Counted from the first letter of the whole stretch, positions 1 to 14,346 are shown. The stretch is 63,870 nt of DNA, filler included, from Octopus bimaculoides (GCF_001194135.2; 6 parts of 6 records of this genome joined end to end with filler, not necessarily neighbours in it), one strand, 5' to 3'. Notes: generated from the sequence alone by a model not told the origin. A program made the numbers and translations.

Positions 1-35
<35 letters not shown>

Positions 36-1292
36 CATTCCTACACAAACATATACACATATTGCAGAGCAAGCATGAAAAAGTATAGTTTGGTATGAAT
101 TCATATTTACTCTTATAGTAGTGGGAAAATAGACTACCAAACTTCCTCTCCGATCATTTTACCAAGTAAACGAAATGCCGTAAGGAAGAGCGTTCTTGTG
201 TTGCTTTCAAGAAACGTCTCATTTGCGTTTATTTTCATATTCTGTAAAACCTCATAATATAAGATATGAAAACTAAGATGTACCAAGATTTGCCACTAAT
301 AGAACGATTTTCTGTTGGCAAGAAAAAAAGTAGGCATTTAATATACAATTGTTGCAAATTCTGCGAAATAGAATACATTTTCTTTGAAATATCTAAGAAG
401 TTTTTCTAAGATTCCTTAAGTGAATTTCATTTCTGTACTTTTCCTATAAGAAACTATTTTTATAACCTAAATAGAGTTAAATTGTATTTGTTAAACTATA
501 GGGAAACTATATTTAATAAAAATGGTAACCCTATAGAAAATTGAGTTATTATTAAGTCAATCACATAAATAATACGATTTCTAAAATATACTACAAAACT
601 AATTACATTTAGTAATATTCGCAAACGGAAATCGATAAAACTGAACTACTTGGCCGATAAACAAGTACTTTGAATGGGTAACTTAAGTGTATTTGATCCT
701 TTCAAAAATATCGGCTTTGTGGCATTGTTTTTACGTTAGTAAGACAGACTTTGAAAGACTTCACGATATACAGTGAAAATTATCCAATTCACCCCTATAA
801 AGTTTCCTTCTTCTACTTTGAATTGCCTATATGTTATCTGGGCGTGTTCAGCAGAAGTGCGCTCCGAGAATTTTATAGACGTTGCTGTCGTACAGTTTTA
901 TTTCTGGTCTCAGATACTAAGGAACAAAATAGAATATGTAAAATCATATTTAATAACGACCAAGGAACTTAATACCAAATGTATTATATTTCATTTATAT
1001 ATTTAATAAATTCAACACCGTTCTACTTTATAACTATGTTGTTATAACAAGGGGTACATACAAGACTAAAAGAACAGTTTATTAAAGTAAGTGAATTTTG
1101 AAATATATTCTTTAGAACTTTGTCGGGAATACCCTCGATTAAGCACTGAGTATTAAGTTATATACTTATCTAATGGAAGAATAGAAGAATGTCAATGACA
1201 CTTAAATTCAACTGCATATCACAAAATATTAAATATTAGTATTCTGTGATTTGTTAACAACACCATTTTATACAAAANNNNNNNNNNTATAT

Positions 1293-1570
1293 ACTATAAC
1301 TTCGGGCCCTGTAAGTGGATTTCGTAGGCGGAAACTGAAAGAAGCCCGTCGTATATCTATCTATCTATCTCTCTCTATATATATATGTTTGTATGTGTGT
1401 ATATGTTTGTCCCTGCAACATCGCTTGACAACCGATGCGGTTCGGCAAAAGAGAACGATAGAATAAGTACTAGGCTTACAAAGAATAAGTCCTCGGGTCG
1501 AGTTGCTCGACAAATACGGTGCTCCAGCATGGCCACAATCAAGTGATGGAAACACGAAAAAGAGTGAAGA
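1293..1570 (+). mobile_element. SINE family A copy, 5' part missing
   Basis: GGAAACTGAAAGAAGCCCGTCG...GCGGTTCGGCAAAAGAG...CTCCAGCATGGCC. Confidence 0.8.
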
Positions 1571-2092
1571 GTAATATTGATAATATAAAGTATTAAACAT
1601 GGGTAAGAAGAAAGCAAATAGGGAGCTTTTGCTTTCGATAAACTTATCAATTTTTATATAGTCAGCACATATTTGCTACACGCTCCTGATATTCTAAGGC
1701 ATATTGTTCAAAGATCACGCAAGTTTACGAACATTACTTTGTAGATGTAGTCTCATTTTAATATAGATACGCTTCCGCAGTATATATATATATATATATA
1801 TATATNNNNNNNNNNNNNNNNNNNNNNNNNNNNNNNNNNNNNNNNNNNNNNNNNNNNNNNNNNNNNNNNNNNNNNNNNNNNNNNNNNNNNNNNNNNNNNN
1901 NNNNNNNNNNNNNNNNNNNNNNNNNNNNNNNNNNNNNNNNNNNNNNNNNNNNNNNNNNNNNNNNNNNNNNNNNNNNNNNNNNNNNNNNNNNNNNNNNNNN
2001 NNNNNNNNNNNNNNNNNNNNNNNNNNNNNNNNNNNNNNNNNNNNNNNNNNNNNNNNNNNNNNNNNNNNNNNNNNNNNNNNNNNNNNNNNNNN

Positions 2093-2112
<20 letters not shown>

Positions 2113-2125
<13 letters not shown>

Positions 2126-2324
2126 GTATTCCTTTCTTTGTGTCAGTCCATGCTGGAGTACCGCCTTTTAGTCGATTACATAGACCTTAGAACTTATTCT
2201 TTGTAAGCCTAGTACTTATTTTATCGAGTTATTTTGCCGAATCGCTATGTTACGTTTACGTAAACACACCAACATCCGTTGTCAAGCGATGGTGGGGGAC
2301 AAACACATACACATATAAATATAT

Positions 2325-2360
<36 letters not shown>

Positions 2361-2458
2361 GACGGGCTTCTTTCAGTTTTCGTCTCCCAATTCCACTTAC
2401 AAGGCTTGGGTCGGCACGAGGCTATAGTCGAAGACACTTGCCCAAGATGCCACGCAGT
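2113..2458 (-). mobile_element. SINE family A copy
   Basis: Reverse complement of family A motifs. Confidence 0.8.
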
Positions 2459-3943
2459 ATATATGTAGATATGCATACATACACACAAACACATATCTTA
2501 TTGATTCCGTTTGAAACCGTTGCTCAAATGATATGGAAAAAAGAATTTTCTTCATCAATGTTTATTTATCACCAGAAGAGGTTATCTTTCTCGATTACTT
2601 CTTAAATTATTTGAACAAATGTATCGTGTATTCTAACTTATTTTGACATTGTAGATAACAATTACTGCTTAGTTTCCATGAACGGCAGTCTTAATCTTAC
2701 ATTTACGACTTCTTTCCATATAATACGATCAAGTAAATTGAGAAGATAGCATGGCTCCGGAGTTATTTATTGCAACTGTTTCTGGGAAATGAAGCTCCCA
2801 TCTAAGCGGATTGTGCAGATGTGACAGCCAATGAATAATAAGGTAATATCAAGTAAAGTTAAATAGAGGAAACACAGAGAAATTCAAATAATCTTTCAAG
2901 AGATTAGAAATATCTAAATCTAAAATCTTCTGGAAAAGATTACTATGTGCAGAGCTTACAACTGAAGTCTCTAAAAACTGCAGGAAATATTGCGATGTTG
3001 CTTTATTCTGAGACAATTAAGATCGAATGATTTTATGAGAAAACATAATATTTACTTTCAGAAAATTTAGCCGACATGATATTGTGAATTCGGCTCCAAA
3101 TACATGGCCAAAATGTATTACTACTCACCAAACTAAATCCATTTTTACAGGAGCAATGTCAAAGAAATGCGTAGAATAAAAGAAATGGTATTGTAGAAAT
3201 AACATTAGAAGGAACTTATGTAAATGAAATATTTACAAACACAGTGTCATTTATATATTTTATATCTGAAGTAACACGAGATTAAGAATTATGAATAGGG
3301 ATATATACAAGCCAGTATTACTTATGACCATATGGAAAAATATAGTTTTAAAATGTAATTCTTGTATTTGAGTTCTGGACAACCAATGATGCACAAGAGA
3401 AGACTATCATTTGATTGATTGTTTATCTTAAACTCATGGTAGTAAAAAATTATTGAGATTATTTCGAAAATTAGGCAAACATATTAGACTATATCGCATT
3501 GTCAAACTGCATACATACGTGCGTACATGTATACAAAGAAATACATTATAGTGAAACAACATCTGCAATAGAAAAAAGGAATCAGTATCTAATTTGCCCG
3601 AGTTAGTTAACTTGTGACCACGAAATCAATAGCGTAATTAGGATATCTTTCTCTCTCTTTCACCCTTATCCTCCCATTCCTACCTTATTATATTCACTGA
3701 CCATTCTGGTACACTTTCCGTTATCTCTATTTTTGTATTCCTTTTCCCTTTCTCTTCTTTATTCATTTTATTAAATTCTTCTTCCTTTTCCTTTTCTGTT
3801 TCCCCTTTTATTTTTCTCTTTATTCTTGTCTTCCTGTTTTCGATTTGTATGGAATTTTTTGTGAATGACATATATATATATATATATAAAAGAATGAGTT
3901 AAAGAGACCAATGGCATAAGTAAATTTATATTTTATGTAGAAT

Positions 3944-3992
3944 GTCTTACAGCTCTTTCAGGGAAAATTCAATGTATCCCTTCATCCGAGAC
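3944..3992 (-). ncRNA. Decayed hammerhead motif
   Basis: GUCU-CGGAUGA-AGGGA...UCCCU-GAA-AGAGCUGU-A-AGAC; two substitutions relative to consensus. Confidence 0.55.
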
Positions 3993-6922
3993 GGTAATAG
4001 AAGAATTGATTATTACATTTATTAGAGGAGATTTGCAGTAAGAAATGAGAGCGATGCGGAGAAGAAAAAGCGTTTGGAGTATAGTTCCATTCCAACAGTA
4101 AATATCCATGTATAGAATCCATGGTGGTATTTTCCAGTGATAATTATAGTTGCAATGGTGGATATATATAATTTCGTATCCAGTTTACTCTGTGCGTTGT
4201 TTACTTAAAGGACAGTCCGACGTGAGTGGAAGATGTGTGTAGGATTAAGAGGTCAAGCTATAAAACAGGAAGGAAGGAGGAGGAAATAATTTAAGGGAGA
4301 AATGAAGGTAGTAGTCCCAGCAGTAGGCTATAAATATCTATGTATGTCATAGCGCCGAACAAATCGACGCCATGACATATTTTGAAGCCTATCTTCTCAT
4401 GCATAATCCTTACAAACATAGGTAGATATATGTGTATGTATGTATATAATGACGTCATTATATAGTTTATGAATTCTGTTAGCAAATCATTTAATGGACT
4501 CTACGATACCTATCGTTACATAAGCCAATGGAAACACGAGTGCCCGTCCAGATGTCTTGCAAGGAATGAAAGAAAAATTTACTTACCCTGCTAAAACCAG
4601 AGCCAAGTCTTGTAACTCTATTTACACTACTGGACTGAAATATCCAAAGAGCCATAGTTTGCGTAGCAGTCATAACTGTCTTCTATGGTCATAACTGATG
4701 CTAGTCCAAGGAAAGCAGTCATAACTAGAAATATTTCCGATAGTGTTATATATTCCCCATGACATTAACTAATACATCTTTTCACATTCAAGTATTTTGC
4801 ATTTCCCCCGGCACGATTTCACGTTTTCATGTTGATGTAGGCAATATAACTGTTATATCTTGCTAGTCGTTTGACAATATAAAGCAGTGGTGCCTAACCT
4901 TTTCCCAGTGGTTCCCAGCAGTGGTTCTAAACCTTTTTATCTACATGAGTTTCCCCTTTAAATATGCTTATGTTTATATATATATATATNNNNNNNNNNN
5001 NNNNNNNNNNNNNNNNNNNNNNNNNNNNNNNNNNNNNNNNNNNNNNNNNNNNNNNNNNNNNNNTATATATATGAAAATTTGGATTTAGTTTACAGACACC
5101 CAGTGCTACCTTTGCGAACTGCAGTTTGGGTTCCACTGACATAAAGGATATCACATTTTTCTGTTGTTGTTATATGCAGTTATATCGATCCGTATAAGTG
5201 GATATATATCTTTACAATCCATGTGCCGTTGCAGCACATGCAGTTGCATTTGAAATACGGACTGGTTTTAAAGTTTGTCAAAGTAATGGTGATGTAAATA
5301 AATGCAAATCTCTATAACAAATGTGTATTTATATTATTGAAGATTATTATTGACGGTTGTGTGTCTTCTAATGCAACATATTTATGAATTGATTAGAGGT
5401 GAACTACAGGGTTGCTAATAACTGTTAGTGAAGGTCTTTTGATTTCAATTTTAAGTTTCATTCGTCGATATAAAAGTATAATTTCTTGCAGAATCTAAGT
5501 GAAATTTTAGTGACAATTATGATAGAGATATTCTTCATTAATTGACAACAAAATGTATAAGTCGTCATAGGGAAATTTCAATTAAAACTCCAAAATTATT
5601 TTGAGCATAAATATGTGTACATTTGTATTTATGGATATACATGTATGTATGTGTATGAGTACACACAGAAAAATATACACACACACATGTCTNNNNNNNN
5701 NNTACATATATATATATTTGTACATATCCGTATACGTATAAACTATGGAGTAGTATTCTCTCTCATCAACTCTCCCGAGTTATAAATTATTCGTCTGAAG
5801 TATTGCTAATATGAAGTATATATTTATATTGGAGGACATTTATAAGAAAATTGATAATATTTTGTGTATTATAGTTAGAGTAAGTAGTTTCGAAGCTTTA
5901 CAGATGCAGAGAATAGTTAACGTTTGTCGTGCTTTGATCTACTCTTAAAACAACTCTACTTCTATCATTTTACAAAACCACTGAACGAGGTAAATAAATG
6001 TGAGTTATTTGACTGTGATACTTTGACAGACATTGTTCAAATAATTCTTTCAAGAAATCGAATTTGTTTGAAGTAAAAATATTGCTGCTTTTATTTTCAC
6101 TTTTCTAATTGAAATATCGAACATAATAGAAAAATATATATTTCATAGTTTATTGCTGCAGACAAGAGTAAACACTGAAGACTTATGTTTGGCTTTTGTT
6201 GACCTAATATCCTATCATTGACCTATTAACTCGGAAAGCAACGCGCGCTTTTGTAGTACTTCTGTCTAAAAGTCATTTTCTTTATTTATTTATAACATAA
6301 TATATTATAGGAGAGGACACACTTATTTAGAAAATATATTACCGAAAGTAAATTAATAAAGAAATTATATATTTTCAATTAATAAACAAGTAGTCTTTTT
6401 TTCTTTTTAATTTCTCGCTTGTTTTTTGTAGACTAACCATATTGAAACGGCAATGCATTGAATTAAAGTGGTGATTAAGTATTAAAAGAATTCTTTATAT
6501 TTATGTAAACAGAAACAAAAGAAATATGAGCAGCATTCAATCGTAATTCATGAAAAGCTAATCTAGAAAATGTAAACTACATAACTCTGCGCGAGTCAAT
6601 ACGGAGTTAGGATACCTTTTCAATTTAAAGTAAATTGAGACGTATTTCATTTAAACGTTATAATGAATTAGATGCAAGAATTTGATGATATGCATAAACC
6701 TGGAAGTTGGATAAATCGAATACAACAGCAGGAAATAAATATACAAAGACAGCTAGGTTTATTTCAATGAGATATTTTCACATTTGAGACTAACTAAATT
6801 ATATCTACTTTGCTACTATTTGCAGGGGAATAAAATAATGAAAGACAAAGCTGCCTTTTGCATTCTCCTTAAATGTTTTGAAATTTCAAAATTTTAGAGT
6901 TCTGAGTATATAATTCAAAGTA

Positions 6923-7171
6923 CTGTAATCCCTCGACTATCGAAGGTGTTACGCTCCAAACACCCCGCGATACGCGAAAATCCGCGAAGTTGAAACAGTG
7001 CAGTATTGTATATTTGTTTTATTATTTTTATAATCTGTATATATTTATTTTATAATGAATTCAAAACAACACCACGGAGGAATCGACGTAAACTTAAATA
7101 ATAGACCGCGATAGGTGAACCGCGGCAAGTTAACCGCTACAGGTGAACCACGTCATAGCAAGAGATTACTG
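6923..7171. mobile_element. pogo/Tigger-like MITE
   Basis: CTGTAATCCCTCG...CAAGAGATTACTG imperfect TIRs; TA on the left. Confidence 0.65.
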
Positions 7172-7513
7172 TTGTTCTAAATGAAAGTAGTGTAAGCTGA
7201 GGAACGATATCACGACACGTAATAATATAGTATACAACGAAGATCTAAAACATTGCTTGCTTGAAAGTTCTTCGATGACTCTCAAACACTGGATAATATA
7301 TTGCTTTCGCCAAAATTGGTCAATTCGAAGTAGTGGTGAAATATTCACCAAATTATTATGTATCGTAAAATACTGAGATTTTACAATGGGTGTTTATAAT
7401 CTCTGCAATGATAGATGTAGGTTCTTTATAATTATGCTAATTTTATTTCCAGAAACTGAATTAATTTGAATCGAAACACGAATAAAAGAAGGTAAGCACA
7501 TAAATACACATCC

Positions 7514-7583
<70 letters not shown>

Positions 7584-7629
7584 GGAATTTACCAAAAAAA
7601 AAAAGAAAAAAAGACGAAGACATGCTTGT

Positions 7630-9613
7630 AAACAACAAACAGGTGTATTAATTTAATGCTTGGGAAGGTGAAAAACTCTTTTATGGTTTTACTTTCTTCA
7701 GCAGAAATGAAAACGAGAAAATAAACAGAGAGAGAATAAGAAACGCTTTAGTGGCTAGCGGTCAATCATGGCGACGACCGGACAGAGTTTGTGAGACGGG
7801 AGAACTAGGAAGAAGGGGAGATAATAAGATAGTGGTGATCCTAAAATGAAGGTGCGCGTGCGTGGTATCTGAGAGTGTGTGTGTGCGCGTGGATAGGAGC
7901 TGATGACCTTGACGTGTGGGTGTGTGGATGATGGTGTGGGTGCTGGAATGTGGTAAGTGATAGTGTGTGCAGAGTCATGTGTGGTGTGGTGGTGTTGGGG
8001 TGTGGGGGATGCGAGGGTGGTGGATGCAAAGATGAGGTCTAGGTGTAGGTGTGGGAGTGGGATGTGAGGTTAGGGTGACGATGAAGGGAGAGGACTGTTA
8101 GGAGTGAAGAGAGGAAGTACGTGTCAGAGCAAGAGAGGTGAGGGGGGAGTCGGGAGCATTTGGCTCAAAACAGCGAAGAGAAAAGATTAATTGTTGTTCA
8201 CGGCGTAACCGGGAGTCCTAATGGCCTCTGTGCCAGGACAATCCGAACACATACAGGGGATGTAAAGAATCACCGGAAGTGGCGCGAGACTGGAGTGTCG
8301 TTGCTGAGTCTGATGTCACGGAGGTGTTCCACGAACCGGTCAGCCAGGCGGCGTCTCATTTAACCGATGTACACAGGACAGAGAGCAGGAGATGCAGTAA
8401 ATGACGTTGCTAGAAGTGCAGGTGAAGGAGTCAGTGATATGATAGGGTCAATGATGGGTGCCTGTGAGAATTGTGGTGTTGGAGAGAGAGGGGCAAGTGC
8501 GGCACGTGGGCGGGTGCAGGGGAACGATCTGGGTTCAGAAGTGGGGTTAGGGAAGACACTGTGGATCAGGAGGTCACGTAGGTTGTCGGCTCGTTTGAAG
8601 GAGAGGAGAGGTTGGTTAGGGAAGATGTGCGAAGTATAGGGTTCGGACTGGAGGGGCCGGAAAGCTTGGAGAATAGTGAGTTGGAGAGGTAGGGTGGAGT
8701 GGTGGTAGGTAGGGGAAACGGTAGACAGGTGATGGCGGGGCGAGGGCGGGGAGAGGGAGCAGATGCACAGTTCACAAAAAGTGTTCTGACAAGGGCGTTG
8801 TGGATAGTGGTGAGGGGATATCCACGAAGGTTGAAGTGGCGAGCCATGAGGTGAGACTGCGTCTCAAGGTCATGGTTGTCACTGTTGACCCTGCGCAGAC
8901 GGAGCAATTGGTAATAGGAGATGGAGAGACTGGTGTGTCTAGAGTAGGAGGGAGAGAAGTTGAGGTCTGAGTATGAGTCAGTGTGTCTGTAGTGGATTGA
9001 GATGGTGAGAGTGGTGTGAAAAATGTTGCCGAAATGTCGTCAATATAATGACCGTATAATTCAGGAGTGGGACCTGTGAATCTTGAGAATATTTGGGCCT
9101 CAACGTGGCCAACGAACAGGTTCGCATAGTTGGGGCCCATACGGGTTCACTTGGGCATTCCTGAGAACTTTTGATAAAAATAACTCGCGAACAAGAAGCA
9201 GTTAAGAGAGAGAGCAATTTCGGCCAGATGAAGAAGTGTGGATGTGTCAGGTTGGGGGTTGGTCGAAGGTCAAGTTAGTGTTTGAAAGCAAGAAGCAACG
9301 CCTGGTGTGGGATCACCGTGTATAAGCTGTTGCTGTGAAGAGTGAAGAATATTTTAGAGGGGGCAGGAGGAAAGGAGAAGGAGTTGAACAGACGAAGAGC
9401 ATGGTTAGTGTCATGGATGTGAGAGGGGAGTGAAGCAATTATGGGGCTAAGGACACGGTCAAGATAATTAGAGATGAGTTCCGTGGGGCAGTTGCTGGCG
9501 GAGACGATGGGGCGGCCACGGTTGTTAGGTTTGTGGATTTATGAGAGGAAGTAAATTGTGGGGGTGCGAGATGTGCGGGCAATGAGACTGGAGGCGGCGG
9601 AAACGTTGGGGGG
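7630..9613 (-). mobile_element. 5'-truncated Penelope-like retroelement (RT + C-terminal GIY-YIG endonuclease), decayed
   Basis: IHKPNNRGRPIVSASNCPTE; MGPNYANLFVGHVE; YIDDI; LRGYP thumb; CTSSNVIYCISC..C..YIG..RRLADRFVEH; frameshifts and stops; 3' terminal repeat at about 7630-8150. Confidence 0.9.
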
Positions 9614-11587
9614 ATATATATATCTTTGAGTAATAGGAAGAAAGATGTATATTATTCGAAAATATACACCTGTATTATGAAATTATATGTCGTTCAGTTC
9701 TTGTTCTATAATCAGCTTTATTCAATACGGTTACACCCTCAGATTTATTCAATATACCATGTGTACCCTTTCATCAACATCATTTCCAGCATCAATAGCT
9801 TAATCGGCAAAATGATCAACGCATAAAATCCTTCGTGTTTTGTGAAGCAAAAATGTTTCACTTCCAAATCACCCTCAGAACTAAGTAATAGCTTTTGTAA
9901 TAGTATCACATATTACATGATTTTGCTAGGTTTCAATTTCATGCTTTCATAGTGAAAATCGAAAATATTACAGTGGCACTCTATGACAATAATTCTTCTT
10001 CTTCTTTGTTTTGTTGTGCTGAAAATTTCCCGTGCTTTTATGAACTCCATCAATATGTTGTACATGAAGTTAATTGGTTAATTTTATATTTTTAAAAAAT
10101 TCAATAATTATTTTTGTTTTGTGGAAAATTTCTATTTATCATTTTTAACAAAGCACCTTAAAATGCTAATAAAATTATATTTATTGCGCAAATATCAAAC
10201 CATCTGATATTACCGCCTTCGCAAAATTATTTTCCCGTTATATTACGAGTAACACTCAAATACATACACTATGACACGTATCGACCCTGTGTCTCAATAT
10301 TTTTAAAGTAAAGATTTTGTAGTAATTGTATAATAATATTAAGATAATTTGTTCTGGTAGTTTTATTTTAGTGATTCAGATATTATTAATTTGTTCCTAT
10401 TTTGATTGATACTAGAGTTGTTTTGCAATGGCGCACCAGAAGATGTGTAGACTCTTACTATCACATTCTTAATCTCATACTGTTAAGTTGTTATCTTCCT
10501 ATGACATGATATTGTAATTATTAAATCAGCATCACTGAAACTTAATCGAAGCGTTGTGGACGTCGAGTACACAAACATTAAAACATTCACCAAGATGGCA
10601 CGCGCTGATGTATAATATCAATCTGTTCCATTGTGCAATTGTTTTCGTTTTCTGTGATGTATATATACTGAAATACAGATTGAGCCATCTAGTTGAAGTT
10701 TACGTGACAGTCTACCTAATCCGTCTCATGACTGTTGCATGCTTTCACTGGCTTATTTGACCTGGTAACAAAGTGTAAGCGTCCAAATTTTTAATAGCAT
10801 TTGTTATTTATGAACTGGAATTTATTTAAACTCATTACAGTCAATCGGAATGCTAAAACAATGTGTAGGCATCTCTAGAGTAGACAAAGGTCAAGTTAAC
10901 TATCGGTAGTATTATACAAAGAGTAGACGATTACAGCCTATCTTAAATATCCTAGGAAATAGATTCTTAATATCTTCAAATTATGTTAGTTCTCTTGAAA
11001 GTAATTCATAATTGACGCTGGTTATCCTTTCTTTGTTTTCCTACTCTAAGAAAAATGTGAATTTCAATATATTGTGAATACACAAGTGAATTATTCAAAT
11101 CGTGACATTATCAGATGATTTTAATACCAAAAAAAGTGAAGCTATCACCTTGCCTGCTATCAAAGATTAAATTTCCTCCAATGTGTGAAAATTAAATTTT
11201 CTGTTAAATTAATTCTCAATTTACAGAAATTATTTTTACAATTTTGCAATTCTCTTGGAGTTACTGTTAGGATATTATATTTTTGTTCCTCAAACTAAGT
11301 GGTAAATTTCAAATCACGAAATGTTTTGCAGATGCCACTTAGTACATTTATATGTTTAGGTTCATTTTATGAGTGGCACTTTTTGATTTTAGTGTGTGTG
11401 GTTTAATACTGTCTTTTAATGATATAAAACAAAAAGCTCATTTCAATGGGGTTTTTGTTTGGATGGATAAAAATGCCCATTATAATTTAATTATATTAAT
11501 TGAACTTAAAATGAATAACAAGAAAAAGATAAACAAATGAAAAAATAGATAAATGTACTAATAGTGGAGATACTACCTAACAAATAT

Positions 11588-11715
11588 CAAGAAGAAGAAG
11601 AAGAAGAAGAAGAAGAAGAAGAAGAAGAAGAAGAAGAAGAAGAAGAAGAAGAAGAAGAAGAAGAAGAAGACGACAACAACAGCAACAACAACAACAACAA
11701 CAATAATAACAACAA
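11588..11715. repeat. (GAA)n-(CAA)n microsatellite
   Basis: Direct reading. Confidence 0.95.
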
Positions 11716-12057
11716 GAGATTTAGTGTTGGAAAGAAAATTTGATTTTTCTCATCCTTTTTCAAGGTTATCATTCTCTTTGTATAGCTGAAAACGTAGAAG
11801 AGAATATATTAACAAAAAAGAAAGGCTGTATTTTCAGACACATATTAAAATATGTGTTATTTCAAATCTTAGATGATGTGACAGTTACACTGGTGCATTA
11901 TTTTGGGACATTGGAGTAACAATTAATTATTAAAATGCCTCATTACATTTGTACACCCAGTAAATCTCTCAATTAAAACATAATTATATATATAAAGCAA
12001 ATACATGTTTAAGCTAATCTACATTGCAATTACTAAACCCACACATAGATGAACGTA

Positions 12058-12822
12058 CGAGAGGGTACCAAAAAGTAAATGGAAATGTTCTCTGTAGGAC
12101 AAGTCCGCAGTAGTTCAGATTTCCGGCGCTCAGAGCTACCTGCTGCAACATTCCGGTATCAGTCTGCAGACCGGCATCGTCCGGTGGGGTCATACTGCCA
12201 TGTGGTGCGTCTTTGTTTTGTTACCAAGCCCCAAAAATGTGCGTCAAGTGAAGTCTAATCTCATGAGGTTGCTGATTTGTTTCATCGATGCGATGGGTAT
12301 TTTCCACTGTATTTGTTCCTCCTGGTCAAACTGTCAACCATACATTTTACTTGGCAGTTCTGATGTTTTTGCGAGACACGACGAGACAAAAATACCCCAA
12401 CCAGTGGTGGTCTCATAACGACAATGCAACCTCGTACACCACCTAAAATATGTTTAGACTGAAACTGGCACGACCCCGTTTGCGCACCCACCCTATTCGC
12501 TCGATCTTGCTCCCTGCAACTTTTAATTTGTTCCCCCGAATGAAAAATGTCCTTAAACGAAAGTCTTTTGCAATCACTGTACCCACGTGTAGAGGAACGT
12601 ACGACAGGGTACCGAAAATTAAATGGAAACGTTCTGTGTAGGACACGTCCGTAGTAGTGCAGTTTTCTACCGCTCGGAAGGCATCACTTCGCAAGAATTT
12701 CAGGACTACCTCCAACCGTGGAAATCGTGTCTGGACTGATGCTTTGCTTCAAATGAAGAATACTTTGAAGGCGATAATAGTGTAAACATGTAAAACTAAG
12801 TAAATAAAATAACATTTCAAAA
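12058..12822 (+). mobile_element. Rearranged, deleted mariner
   Basis: Left end CGAGAGGGTACCAAAAAGT; SPKNVRQVKS; HPPYSLDLAPC; LFPRMK; EEYFEGD; left end repeated at 12595-12662. Confidence 0.8.
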
Positions 12823-12823
12823 T

Positions 12824-13568
12824 ACTAGTAACTACAAATTCATACAGATAGATATAGTAGACTACTACTCCTCAATTAACCCCACGATATTAAATAGTGC
12901 CCTAATATATGCCAAAAATAATTCACAACTAACTAAGAAAGAAATTAATGTAATACTCGAAGCTAGAAAATCTATTATAAGGTTCGATAACAAGCTCTGG
13001 GTCCGTAAAGACTCCCCTAACTCCTTCGATATCACCATGGGAGCCCCGGACTCAGCTCAGATAAGTGACTTAGTAGGAATTTATCTGCTCTCCTACATAC
13101 AGGAGGAATTCCCAGACCTAGAAGGGGGATTATACAGGGACGATGCACTATTTGTAATTAAAAATCCCTCGAATAGGAAAATAGAGCTCATCAAGAAAAA
13201 CTTGCATACATTCTTCAAAAGATTTGGACTAGCCATTTCTATAGAAAACGAACACACATCCATAAACTACCTAGACGCCAATTGCAACCTAGCCACAGGA
13301 CTACATGAACCATACATAAAGCCTAATACTAACCTAAAATACATAAACGTATCCAGCAACCACCCACTATTCCTCAAGAGGGGCTTAGCACATAGTATAA
13401 GCAATAGGATATCACGCCTCTCCTCTAACCAAGCTATCTTTAATAAGCATAAGGAAACCTACAATATCGCACTACATAAGGCAGGATTTAACCATAAAAT
13501 TAAATTCATCGATTCCAATAACCATAAAAAAGACCCAACTATAAGGAACCCAAACGCTAGAAACACGC
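12824..13568 (+). mobile_element. Naiad-type Penelope-like RT fragment, open frame of about 248 codons
   Basis: FIQIDIVDYYSSI; ILEARKS; FDITMGAPDSAQISDLVGIYLL; GLYRDD; SNHP; RISRLSS; ALHKAGF; ends at a gap. Confidence 0.85.
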
Positions 13569-13569
13569 A

Positions 13570-13669
13570 NNNNNNNNNNNNNNNNNNNNNNNNNNNNNNN
13601 NNNNNNNNNNNNNTTAATTAATTAANNNNNNNNNNNNNNNNNNNNNNNNNNNNNNNNNNNNNNNNNNNN
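13570..13669. other. Assembly junction: N44-TTAATTAATTAA-N44 (also at 25998, 41883, 59442, 62097)
   Basis: The same 12-mer, with stops in all six frames, centred in 100-nt gaps five times. Confidence 0.95.
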
Positions 13670-14316
13670 TTATTATTATTATCATTATTATTATTATTAT
13701 TATTTACATCAGGGTTCTCATCACTATTCTCCCCAATTCCCTTTGATTTAAGTATTTTAAAATTACGAGCTGCAATTATTTGGGATAAGTTCTTGGTGTT
13801 TGAGAAACCAAACCTAATGCTATGTGTATTAATAATTTTACCATAATGTGAATTCTTTGGGAAATATCTACTTATCACCTCTCTAAACTGTGCAATCAAA
13901 TTAGATTTAACATTTCTACCAAAAAGGACTCTGAACCAAATATTACCATCTTTAGTGTTATCACAGTCATTTGTATAATTCTTTAAAAATTTTAAATTAC
14001 CTATGTTACGTTTAAGAATATCTCTGGGTTTATTTTCCTTATTTCCTCTTAGCTTTTTCTTATACTTATTATTCTTATAATTCATATCTCTCTTAATGCT
14101 GTTACGATCAGGTTCAACATAGTAAACTTTCTCCTTGTATCCTGCCCTATTTAAAGCAGAATTATAGAATTGAGCTTCATTATCAAAAATCCTACCATTT
14201 GCAGATAACTTAGAATGTCTTAATGAAATATTTCTTACTAAATTATCGATAATTTTTCTAGGATGATTACTCCACTTATTGATATGTTTCAGGTTAGTGG
14301 AAGGTTTATGATATAA
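13670..14316 (-). mobile_element. Second Naiad-type fragment (RT thumb + linker), divergent from the first
   Basis: YHKPSTNLKHINKWSNHP; ALNRAGY; NIWF..FGRNVKSN; YFPKNSHYGKIIN; FSNTKNLSQIIAARNFKIL. Confidence 0.8.
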
Positions 14317-14346
14317 ACAGACACACAAACATATACAAACACATAA

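Noticed and set aside
4587-4730. Possible minus-strand exon with a gtaagt donor
   Set aside because: Only a short open frame, no recognisable homology, no partner exons that join in frame.
6160-6235. DLCLAFVDL, resembling LINE RT motif A
   Set aside because: Too short and without flanking RT motifs.
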